Shown here: positions 10,844 through 17,621 of the stretch, piece by piece
How the letters are laid out: every line of letters starts with the position of its first letter
Numbering within the stretch: position 1 is the stretch's first letter
DNA from: an uncultured Actinomycetes bacterium
GTDB taxonomy: Bacteria; Actinomycetota; Coriobacteriia; Anaerosomatales; CAVRZR01
Assembly: GCA_963809535.1 (NCBI GenBank)
Contig: CAWEJW010000003.1
Coordinates: forward strand, 116,031-180,030
Length of the DNA stretch: 64,000 nt
Direction of reading: 5' to 3'
Program-made: the position numbers and the translations under genes
Notes under the pieces: generated by a model
Database searches by the model: none
Told to the model about the DNA's origin: nothing
The model's input: only the letters and a program-made list of their open reading frames with translations

Positions 10844-11107
10844 GTGGGCGACCCGATCTCCAAGAAGGTGACCATCTACACGTCACCTACATGACCGTGG
10901 TGCTCGGTGGCGAAGAGGTACTTCGCCGAGTGTGGGATTGAATACGAGGAATGCGACATCGTCGCCGACGTGGACGCCCGGCGCCGCATGGCGCTCATGA
11001 CCGGACAATTCGGCGTCCCCGTGGTCGAGATCGGCGAGCACGCGATGATCGGCTGGGACCCCGACGAGTTCGAACGCTTGCGCTCGGGACAGTTTAGGCA
11101 CCGCTGA
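10844..11107 (+). CDS. Glutaredoxin/NrdH-like protein with in-frame TGA (putative selenocysteine) in a U-P-W-C redox motif
   Basis: GTG 10844 (GGGGGAG 6 nt upstream), then GDPISKKVTIYTSPT-TGA(10892-10894)-PWCSVAKRYFAECGIEYEECDI...GVPVVEIG...IGWD. This is a complete glutaredoxin fold. The ORF track sees only 10907..11107. Confidence 0.65.
10903..10930 (+). promoter_or_regulatory. SECIS-like hairpin downstream of the in-frame TGA
   Basis: Upper stem GGCGAAG (10909-10915) / CTTCGCC (10921-10927), loop AGGTA. Lower stem CTC/GAG with a 3-nt bulge. The upper stem starts 14 nt after the TGA. Confidence 0.5.
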
Positions 11108-11133
11108 GCACGTGCCCGAGTCGCTCCGAGCGC

Positions 11134-12516
11134 CTACGGCATCTTGGCCGGCTCGATGAACTTGGTGAACCGCTCGTTGAACACGAGCGGTATCGATCCT
11201 GTCGGCCCGTTGCGATGCTTCGCGATGATGAGCTCCGCCATACCCTTCGCAGGGCGTCCATCCTGGTCCTCGGCGTACAGATCCGTGTTGCGGTCGATGA
11301 ACATGACCACGTCGGCGTCCTGCTCGATCGACCCTGACTCACGCAGGTCCGAGAGCTGCGGCCGCTTGCCGTGGCGCTGCTCCACGGCGCGAGAGAGCTG
11401 CGAGAGCGCGAGCACGGGTGCGTCGAGTTCCTTTGCGAGGATCTTCAGCCCCCGGCTTATCTCCCCGATCTCGACGGTGCGGTTCGCTTCCGATCGTCGC
11501 GCCTGAGGCTGCATGAGCTGCAGATAGTCCACGACGACAAGGCCCTTCGGCTTGCCGCGCAGTTGCCGGCGCGCCTTGGTGCGTACCTCGAAGATGGAGA
11601 TCGCGGGCGTGTCGTCGACCCACAGGTCCAGCTCGGCCAGCCGTCCCATTGCCTGGTGTATAGAGCCCCAGTCCTGCTCCTTAATGTAGCCCGTGCGCAC
11701 GTCCTGCAGGTTGATGCGCGCCTCCGAGCACAGAACGCGCTGCACGAGTTGCTCGGCCGACATCTCGAGGCTGAACAACGCTACTGACGTGCCCTTCTTG
11801 GCCGCGTTGACGGCCATGTTCAGCGCCAATGCGGTCTTTCCGACGCTGGGTCGGGCCGCCAGGATCACGAGGTCGCCTGCGTGAAGGCCAGCGAGCAACT
11901 TGTCAAGGTCCTTGTATCCGGTGGGAACCCCGGTCACGTGCTCTTTGCGCTCGAACAGCTCCTCCAGTTGGTGAAACCCGATCTGGAGCAGCTCTTCCAT
12001 CGGCCGGAAGTTGCTCTCCACGCGCTTGCTCGTGACCTCGAAGATGAGGCGCTCCGAATCCTCGATGACTGCGTCGATGTCATCGGGCGCATCGAATCCC
12101 ATCGTCACGATCTGTGTGGCGGCTCCGATGAGCTGCCGAAGCATGGCGGTACGCTTCACGATCTGGGCGTAGCGCATCGCGTTGGCCGCCGTCGGAACGA
12201 TCTGCGTCACGTCGAGCAGGTACGGCTTGCCACCCGCAGCCTCGAGCTCGCCTGAAGCCTCCAGCCGGTCGGCGACACTCACGTGATCGATCGGTATCCC
12301 GCGCGCATAGAGGTGTTCCATCGCCGCGAAAATGCGCGCGTGCGCGGGACGATAGAAGTCCTGGGCAACGACAATGCTGAGCGCTTGCTCTACCGCTTCC
12401 GAGGACAAGAACATGGAGCCGAGCAGGGCTTGCTCGGCCTCGAGATTATGCGGCGGCACGCGTTCTGCCGAAGAGACCGCGCGAAGACGGGGCTCGCGCA
12501 CTGCGATTTCGCTCAT
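11134..12516 (-). CDS. dnaB: Replicative DNA helicase DnaB
   Basis: PPHNLEAEQALLGSM N-terminal motif; Walker A ARPSVGKTALALN; LVVVDYLQLM; C-terminal RNGPTG. ATG 12516 follows GGAGGG. No intein. Confidence 0.95.
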   Translation of the reverse strand: MSEIAVREPRLRAVSSAERVPPHNLEAEQALLGSMFLSSEAVEQALSIVVAQDFYRPAHARIFAAMEHLYARGIPIDHVSVADRLEASGELEAAGGKPYLLDVTQIVPTAANAMRYAQIVKRTAMLRQLIGAATQIVTMGFDAPDDIDAVIEDSERLIFEVTSKRVESNFRPMEELLQIGFHQLEELFERKEHVTGVPTGYKDLDKLLAGLHAGDLVILAARPSVGKTALALNMAVNAAKKGTSVALFSLEMSAEQLVQRVLCSEARINLQDVRTGYIKEQDWGSIHQAMGRLAELDLWVDDTPAISIFEVRTKARRQLRGKPKGLVVVDYLQLMQPQARRSEANRTVEIGEISRGLKILAKELDAPVLALSQLSRAVEQRHGKRPQLSDLRESGSIEQDADVVMFIDRNTDLYAEDQDGRPAKGMAELIIAKHRNGPTGSIPLVFNERFTKFIEPAKMP

Positions 12517-12573
12517 GTCGTGACCCTCCAGGTACCGACAGCGCACGCCACATGCATGCGTCCGGCTCTGGTG

Positions 12574-12595
12574 AGTCTAGGGTCCCGGTCTGACA
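12574..12595 (-). promoter_or_regulatory. PafBC/RecA-NDp-type promoter motif TGTCAGAC-N8-TAGACT upstream of dnaB
   Basis: Minus-strand reading TGTCAGAC CGGGACCC TAGACT. Same spacing as the motifs at 34021 and 53081. About 58 nt upstream of the dnaB ATG. Confidence 0.45.
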
Positions 12596-12716
12596 CGGAC
12601 AACGCGCGCCGGGACGATATCCACAGGCTCGACACCACCCTCACCTGCGTTTTGCGCACTCTCCACAGATTGCCGGCCGATTGCCGGCGGGCCGGGGAGC
12701 CGCCCGTGGAACCGAA

Positions 12717-12742
12717 GACGCCACGCGACAAAGCGTGGCGTC
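12717..12742 (-). terminator. Hairpin terminator after rplI
   Basis: Perfect 10-bp stem GACGCCACGC/GCGTGGCGTC with a 6-nt loop, 32 nt after the rplI stop, followed on the minus strand by TTCGGTTCC. Confidence 0.55.
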
Positions 12743-12773
12743 AGCAGCGTTCGTTCGCAGCAAGCGCGAGCGG

Positions 12774-13403
12774 CTACTCGTCGGCGTAGTCCTCTGCCAA
12801 GGCCTCGACGACCTCGTCCTCGGCACTCTCGATCTCAGCGACCTCGGTGATCTCGTCAGCTTCGGCCGCGGCTGCCTCCGCCGCGGTCTCATCCGCCGCC
12901 ATGACGTCAACGACCTCCGTGGGCGTGCCGGACGCAACGAACGTCTCTGGCGCCGCACCCTCGGGGACGACATTCACGGTCAGGTGAGCCTTGACCTCCC
13001 GATAGATCGTAACCTCCACGGGATGTGCGCCGAGCTCCTTGATGTGTCCGTGCGTCTCGATCTTGCGGCGGTCGATCTTCACACCCAGCTGGGCGGCGAC
13101 AGCGTCCTCGATCATCTGGGCCGTGATGGATCCGTAGAGCCGACCCTCGTCGCCGACTTTCGCCTCGACGCCCACGCTCTTGCCTTCGAGTGAGCCCACG
13201 ACGCCGCTCGCATCGGCCAGGCGTACCTCGTCGCGCTTACGCACGTTGTGCATGCGCGCATCGAGCTGCTTCAAGTTGCCCGATGTCGCCTCGATGGCGA
13301 CCTTTCGCGGCAACAGGTAGTTCACCGCGAACCCGCGGGCGACTTCGATGACGTCGCCTTCGGCTCCGCGACCCTTGAGCTCCTGTAACAGGATGACTTT
13401 CAT
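12774..13403 (-). CDS. rplI: 50S ribosomal protein L9 with an acidic C-terminal extension
   Basis: MKVILLQELKGRGAEGDVIEVARGFAVNYLLPRK. ATG 13403 follows GAGGAG. About 60 extra Asp/Glu/Ala-rich residues at the C-terminus. Confidence 0.93.
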   Translation of the reverse strand: MKVILLQELKGRGAEGDVIEVARGFAVNYLLPRKVAIEATSGNLKQLDARMHNVRKRDEVRLADASGVVGSLEGKSVGVEAKVGDEGRLYGSITAQMIEDAVAAQLGVKIDRRKIETHGHIKELGAHPVEVTIYREVKAHLTVNVVPEGAAPETFVASGTPTEVVDVMAADETAAEAAAAEADEITEVAEIESAEDEVVEALAEDYADE

Positions 13404-13455
13404 AGATACTCCTCGTTCGTTCGCAGAGCTCGTGCCCTGCGACAACGCCACTACA

Positions 13456-14415
13456 CTAGATGCTGCCCGGCGGTTCCTCGAGACTGATCGGCTTGGCCGA
13501 TGCTTCTCTCGGCAGGCGCCGGAAATTGGCCCAGAAATCGAGCATTCCGACCAGGCTCACGATCAACAGGAACTGGTCGAGGATCCACAGAACGATGTAC
13601 AGCGCGACCATCTTGACATAGCCGCTCTTCGGGACGTCGAAGAGTGCAGAGACGACGGCGACTCCCTGTATGAAGAACAACGTGCGCGCGATGTACAGCG
13701 CGTTGAACCCGACGGCTCGCGCCACCGCCGTGTTCGCGCCCAGAAGGGACGCCGCAGCAACCGCAACGAGCCCGATAACGAACGGCCAGAGCACATGCAC
13801 GCTCAGGTCGAGTTCCTTGGCGGCGGGTACCGCAATTTCGACGCCACTCCGGCGCGCGGCCCATGCGATGGCTGCAATGACGAAGATGGCCACGAAGATC
13901 GCGCTCTGCACATAGAACGACGGCCACAAGCTGACCAGCACAGGCCGCAACGTCGCGAGCTGATCCGATAGGTTCGCAGCGCTCGACCCGAGCGCTTGCC
14001 TCAGGCCCTCGGTCAAGGTCACTGCCTGGGCACGCATCGCCTCCATAAGCGACTGGCCCACCGACCGCGCCGACAAGGCGTCGGCTGCAATCGCGCTTCC
14101 GGCTATCGCCAGCGTCAGCACGAGTCCGACGAACTGGGCAGAATGCGTGCGCAACAGCCACACGGCAAGCAGTACCGCCGCGGACACCGGGATGGCGAAG
14201 GCAGCCGAGTGCGGGAACACAGCCGCCGCAAGCGCGGCGCCCGTGAGCGCAGCGACAATGCTGGCCACCGTTCTCCCCCCATAGGCAAGGCCCGCTGCGG
14301 CTGCGGCTGTGACCGGCAGGCCAACGTAGGGGAACTGCGGCGCGACCACAACGCCGGCCGCACACGCGACGCTCAGCAGCGCGGTGTCGCGCATGCTTAT
14401 GACCCGATCGGACAT
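13456..14415 (-). CDS. Polytopic membrane protein, YybS/DUF2232-like by position and topology
   Basis: Eight or more hydrophobic helices. It sits between rpsR and rplI, as yybS does in Bacillus. The family assignment rests on synteny only. Confidence 0.6.
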   Translation of the reverse strand: MSDRVISMRDTALLSVACAAGVVVAPQFPYVGLPVTAAAAAGLAYGGRTVASIVAALTGAALAAAVFPHSAAFAIPVSAAVLLAVWLLRTHSAQFVGLVLTLAIAGSAIAADALSARSVGQSLMEAMRAQAVTLTEGLRQALGSSAANLSDQLATLRPVLVSLWPSFYVQSAIFVAIFVIAAIAWAARRSGVEIAVPAAKELDLSVHVLWPFVIGLVAVAAASLLGANTAVARAVGFNALYIARTLFFIQGVAVVSALFDVPKSGYVKMVALYIVLWILDQFLLIVSLVGMLDFWANFRRLPREASAKPISLEEPPGSI

Positions 14416-14427
14416 TCGGCGGAGCCT

Positions 14428-14691
14428 CTACCTACGGCGACCGTCGACGCGGCCACTCACAACCGGAACGGCGTACGGGACGAGAGCCATCTCGCGGGCG
14501 CGCTTGACGGCCATCGCGAGCTCGTGCTGGTGCTGCGCGCAGTTGCCGGAAACCCGGCGGGGCTTGATCTTGCCTCGGTCGGTCATGTACCTGCGCAGCA
14601 TCTGCGCGTCCTTGTAGTCGATGTAGTCGACGTGGTCCTTGCAGAACTGGCAGTACTTGCGCCTGGGCTTACGGGCGTAATCTGCTGTCAT
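14428..14691 (-). CDS. rpsR: 30S ribosomal protein S18
   Basis: [44 protein letters not shown]. Confidence 0.95.
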   Translation of the reverse strand: MTADYARKPRRKYCQFCKDHVDYIDYKDAQMLRRYMTDRGKIKPRRVSGNCAQHQHELAMAVKRAREMALVPYAVPVVSGRVDGRRR

Positions 14692-14781
14692 GCTGGCGTG
14701 CCTCCTTCCGCGGAGAACGCGGTTGTTGCGGTGCGGACGGCGGGAGGGGCCCGCCGACCGCGTCGTTGTAGTGCCAAACCC

Positions 14782-15189
14782 CTAGAACGGGATCTCGTCG
14801 CCGGTCTCGTCGGTCGGCGCGGCCTCGGGAGCGGCGTACGGTGCTCCGGACCCGCTGTCCCGCGACGTCATGAACTCGATCTCGTCGGCGATGATGTCGA
14901 CCTTGGAGCGCTTGTCGCCCTGAGGGGTCTCCCACTGATGCCAGCGGAGACGACCTTCGATCGCGACCTTGGAACCCTTGCTGAGAAAGCGGGACAGTGC
15001 TTCAGCCCGCGCGCCGAAGATCGACACGTCGAAGAAGTTCGGTACGTCTTCCCACTGCCCGGACTCCTGGTTCTTACGACGGTCGTTGACAGCCACACCA
15101 AGGCCGAGCACGGACGTGCCGCTCGGCGTCGAGCGAAGCTCAGGATCCCTCGTGAGGTTCCCGCTGATGACAACCCTGTTGATACTCAT
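14782..15189 (-). CDS. ssb: Single-stranded DNA-binding protein
   Basis: MSINRVVISGNLTRDPELR OB-fold start, Gly/Pro-rich tail, acidic tip DEIPF. Confidence 0.95.
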   Translation of the reverse strand: MSINRVVISGNLTRDPELRSTPSGTSVLGLGVAVNDRRKNQESGQWEDVPNFFDVSIFGARAEALSRFLSKGSKVAIEGRLRWHQWETPQGDKRSKVDIIADEIEFMTSRDSGSGAPYAAPEAAPTDETGDEIPF

Positions 15190-15251
15190 GTCTACCCACC
15201 TTCATTCGTCACGGACCTGCGTCACGGCGCGGCGCGCCCGCGTTCACCGTG

Positions 15252-15545
15252 CTAGTCACGGTCCTCGCGGTGCACGAGCATGTAGCGCACAACGCCGTCG
15301 GTGATGTGCAGCACGCGGTCCAACTCGGCGATGGCGGCAGGAGCGGAATGGAAGTCGATGACGGTGTAGTCGCCCTCGGTGAGCTTGCCGATCTCGAAGG
15401 CAAGCTTGCGCTTGCCCCATCCTTCGACATTGTCCACGACGCCCCCGTCGGCGGTGATCACGCCCTGGATCTTCTCCAGGACGGCCGCGCTCTCCTCCTC
15501 GTCGAGGGAGGGGTTCAACAGGAGCAACAACTCATAAGCCTTCAT
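15252..15545 (-). CDS. rpsF: 30S ribosomal protein S6
   Basis: MKAYELLLLLNPSLDEEE...WGKRKLAFEI. Confidence 0.95.
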   Translation of the reverse strand: MKAYELLLLLNPSLDEEESAAVLEKIQGVITADGGVVDNVEGWGKRKLAFEIGKLTEGDYTVIDFHSAPAAIAELDRVLHITDGVVRYMLVHREDRD

Positions 15546-15626
15546 GTGTCACCTCCCTTGGGCTAGAACGGCCCCGGGACTCTGAAGGCGAAATGCCCGG
15601 AGCAGGAAATGAGCCTGCGCAGTGTA

Positions 15627-16757
15627 TCATCGGCCCGCCGCTGCTGCAATCTCGCCCCCCACGGGTGCGACACAGGGCCCAGGCTCTTCGACTGATTCAG
15701 CCCGCCGCCACAACGGCCACAGCGCTCCCGCCGCGGCCAGCAGGGCGATCGTGGCAACGAACCACGCACGCACGAGACGGCTCAACGTACGACCGGCCGC
15801 GGGCACACTCCGATTTGTCACTGAGGTGAGAAGCTTCTCGAACGACGACCTGAAGCTGCCAGCCGACGCCGAGTCCGCGCCGACGGCCGCAGCGCCCTGT
15901 TGGCCCGCCGCCTCACCGAATCGACTGCCGGTCGTGCGCGTGTCTCGTGCGAGCCTCAAGTCGGGAATCTCGATGACGGTTCGCACCGTCGACTCGCGCT
16001 CACTCGTCGCTCGCGCCACGGTGTTGGGTTCGGGAGCCCTCGACCGAGCGGCGGACGCGACCTCCGCGACCGATGCTGCGTGCGATGCCGCGCGAGGCTC
16101 CGAACGCCCCGCCGCCTCTGCGGTGGTAGGCTGCGCGGCGCTGCTCGGGCCCTGTTGTGTCCTGGCCGTCCCCGCCTCAGGCGTTCCGCCAGTTGATGAA
16201 CCGGCACCCAGGTACTCGAGCGGGTCGACGTAGAGTTCACCTCGGCGTGCTCCCACGTGGAGATGGACGTCGGCCGAGGACGCATCGCCCTGCCCCGCGA
16301 CCTCTCCCATTGACGTCCCGGCTTCCAGTCGGGTGCCCGCGGGCACGCATACCGAATCGAGCGGCATGAGCGTGAACCGCAGGCCGTCGTCTCTCTCGAT
16401 CGTCAGGGCACGTTGGGTTCCAGAGAGGCCCACCGCCGGGATGCTCCCCACAAATCGCACCACACCTGCGCACGGCGAGAGAACGCGGTCGCCCGACTCG
16501 GCGGCCAGGTCCACGCCGCGATGCGTCACCGGTCCGCCGTCTGCGCCCGTGTACGTGCCGCCGAACGCTACAAGGACGTCCGCCGGGACTTCGAGCGGCC
16601 ACTCAGCACTCTCAGCACGCGCGGTGAGCGGCTGCCCTAGCCAGGCAGCCAGAACCAGAACCAGAACCGCGACGATCGGAGCGGCAGCAACCTGATGAGA
16701 AGAGAAACGCATGACGCCACCCACCTTCCTCGTGGTGGAAGGGAGACTGGGGGGCAT
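15627..16757 (-). CDS. M23 family metallopeptidase, membrane anchored, with a long low-complexity tail and a C-terminal TM
   Basis: HRGVDLAAESGDRVLSPCAGVV ... DVHLHVGARRGELYVDP (HxxxD and HxH M23 motifs). Start is either ATG 16757 (possibly leaderless) or ATG 16712 (AGGAAGGTGGG RBS). Confidence 0.8.
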   Translation of the reverse strand: MPPSLPSTTRKVGGVMRFSSHQVAAAPIVAVLVLVLAAWLGQPLTARAESAEWPLEVPADVLVAFGGTYTGADGGPVTHRGVDLAAESGDRVLSPCAGVVRFVGSIPAVGLSGTQRALTIERDDGLRFTLMPLDSVCVPAGTRLEAGTSMGEVAGQGDASSADVHLHVGARRGELYVDPLEYLGAGSSTGGTPEAGTARTQQGPSSAAQPTTAEAAGRSEPRAASHAASVAEVASAARSRAPEPNTVARATSERESTVRTVIEIPDLRLARDTRTTGSRFGEAAGQQGAAAVGADSASAGSFRSSFEKLLTSVTNRSVPAAGRTLSRLVRAWFVATIALLAAAGALWPLWRRAESVEEPGPCVAPVGGEIAAAAGR

Positions 16758-16760
16758 CTA

Positions 16761-16774
16761 CGAACATATGTTCG
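16761..16774. promoter_or_regulatory. Perfect Cheo-type LexA (SOS) box CGAACATATGTTCG
   Basis: 14-bp perfect palindrome equal to the Gram-positive consensus CGAAC-N4-GTTCG. It contains TATGTT and lies 3 nt upstream of ATG 16757. A weaker CAAACCCGCGTTCG lies at 16796-16809. Confidence 0.6.
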
Positions 16775-16870
16775 CCATGGATCGCGCGAACCCTGCAAAC
16801 CCGCGTTCGGTCGTGCTCCGCGTGTACCGGACGTGGATCTCACACGGCGCTGGGAGCGCGCCCACAAGTA

Positions 16871-16892
16871 AGGCCGCCCTGCTGGGCGGCCT
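16871..16892 (-). terminator. Hairpin downstream of tRNA-Gly
   Basis: 9-bp perfect stem AGGCCGCCC/GGGCGGCCT with loop TGCT. Weak U tract. Confidence 0.4.
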
Positions 16893-16903
16893 GGTCCCTT
16901 TCC

Positions 16904-16979
16904 TGGAGCGGGCGACGGGTCTCGAACCCGCGACCTAAAGCTTGGGAAGCTTTCGCTCTACCAACTGAGCTACGCCCGC
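16904..16979 (-). tRNA. tRNA-Gly (anticodon CCC), CCA encoded
   Basis: Folded by hand: acceptor GCGGGCG/CGCCCGC, D arm GCTC-AGTTGGTA-GAGC, anticodon loop TTCCCAA, T arm GCGGG-TTCGAGA-CCCGT, discriminator T plus CCA. 76 nt. Confidence 0.93.
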
Positions 16980-17015
16980 GTGCAGCGCGCCGCGGCGCGC
17001 GCCGAGTAGTCTACC

Positions 17016-17621
17016 CTAGGCTCGCGCACGCGTCACGACGCCGCGAATGTGCCCGGCCCTGTGCCGTCTGTCGGCTTGCCAGAGGACGATAGCGAGGAGC
17101 GAGAGCACGATCGCCAGCGCGACCTTCCAACCGCGGACGTAGTCGATGGCGTGGTGGCCTGCAGTGATCAGTCTGAGCTCGGAGGCGTGAATGTCCATGT
17201 CCCCGCCGTGCTGAGCACAGGCTGCGTTGAACGTCCCACGTACTTCGACGATATCCCCCTCGTGCTTGTAGTCGCCGAAGATCGTGACTTCCCGCGCGAG
17301 GCTCGCCGGAATCCACACGGGCATGCCGGTGTTGTAGCCGCCGAGGGCTGCCCCCTCCTCAACATTCTTGACGTAGTAAGCGTCATCGTTGAGATGAAGC
17401 CACGCGTACGCTCCCCGGACCATGGCCTCGCCTATGGCCTCGCCCCTGAACGGTATGACCTGTCCGTCCCAGGTCTTCGGGTGTTCGATGAGATCGCCGC
17501 TCGCCGGCGCGTTCGGGCTGAGAGCTGGCGGCGGCGCGCTCTTCGCAAGCGCACTGGCGGGCGCCACCAGCACTGCCAGCAGCACCAGAAGAACTAGGCA
17601 CGCGTACACGCGGGACTTCAC
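17016..17621 (-). CDS. Exported, C-terminally membrane-anchored hypothetical protein, translationally coupled to trkH
   Basis: GTG 17621 overlaps the trkH TAG (TAGTG), with GAGGGGG upstream. Signal peptide VKSRVYACLVLLVLLAVLVAPASALA and a C-terminal TM. The ORF-track N-terminal extension overlaps trkH and is rejected. Confidence 0.6.
   Translation of the reverse strand: MKSRVYACLVLLVLLAVLVAPASALAKSAPPPALSPNAPASGDLIEHPKTWDGQVIPFRGEAIGEAMVRGAYAWLHLNDDAYYVKNVEEGAALGGYNTGMPVWIPASLAREVTIFGDYKHEGDIVEVRGTFNAACAQHGGDMDIHASELRLITAGHHAIDYVRGWKVALAIVLSLLAIVLWQADRRHRAGHIRGVVTRARA

Noticed and set aside
13996-15255. Long ORFs antisense to or overlapping well-supported genes, for example 13996..15255(+), 7344..8696(-), 38069..39718(-), 41465..43012(+), 43459..44937(-), 34883..36025(-) and 26393..27367(+).
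   Set aside because: Their translations are Arg/Pro/Gly/Ala-rich and lack motifs. They lie opposite genes with clear family signatures. Stop-free alternative frames are expected at about 65% GC.
16904-16979. tRNA-Gly as an integration hotspot, and a wider search for mobile elements, prophage genes or CRISPR arrays in the window.
   Set aside because: No integrase, transposase, direct repeat of the tRNA 3' end, or spacer-repeat structure was seen. Flanking genes are core, and GC content is uniform.
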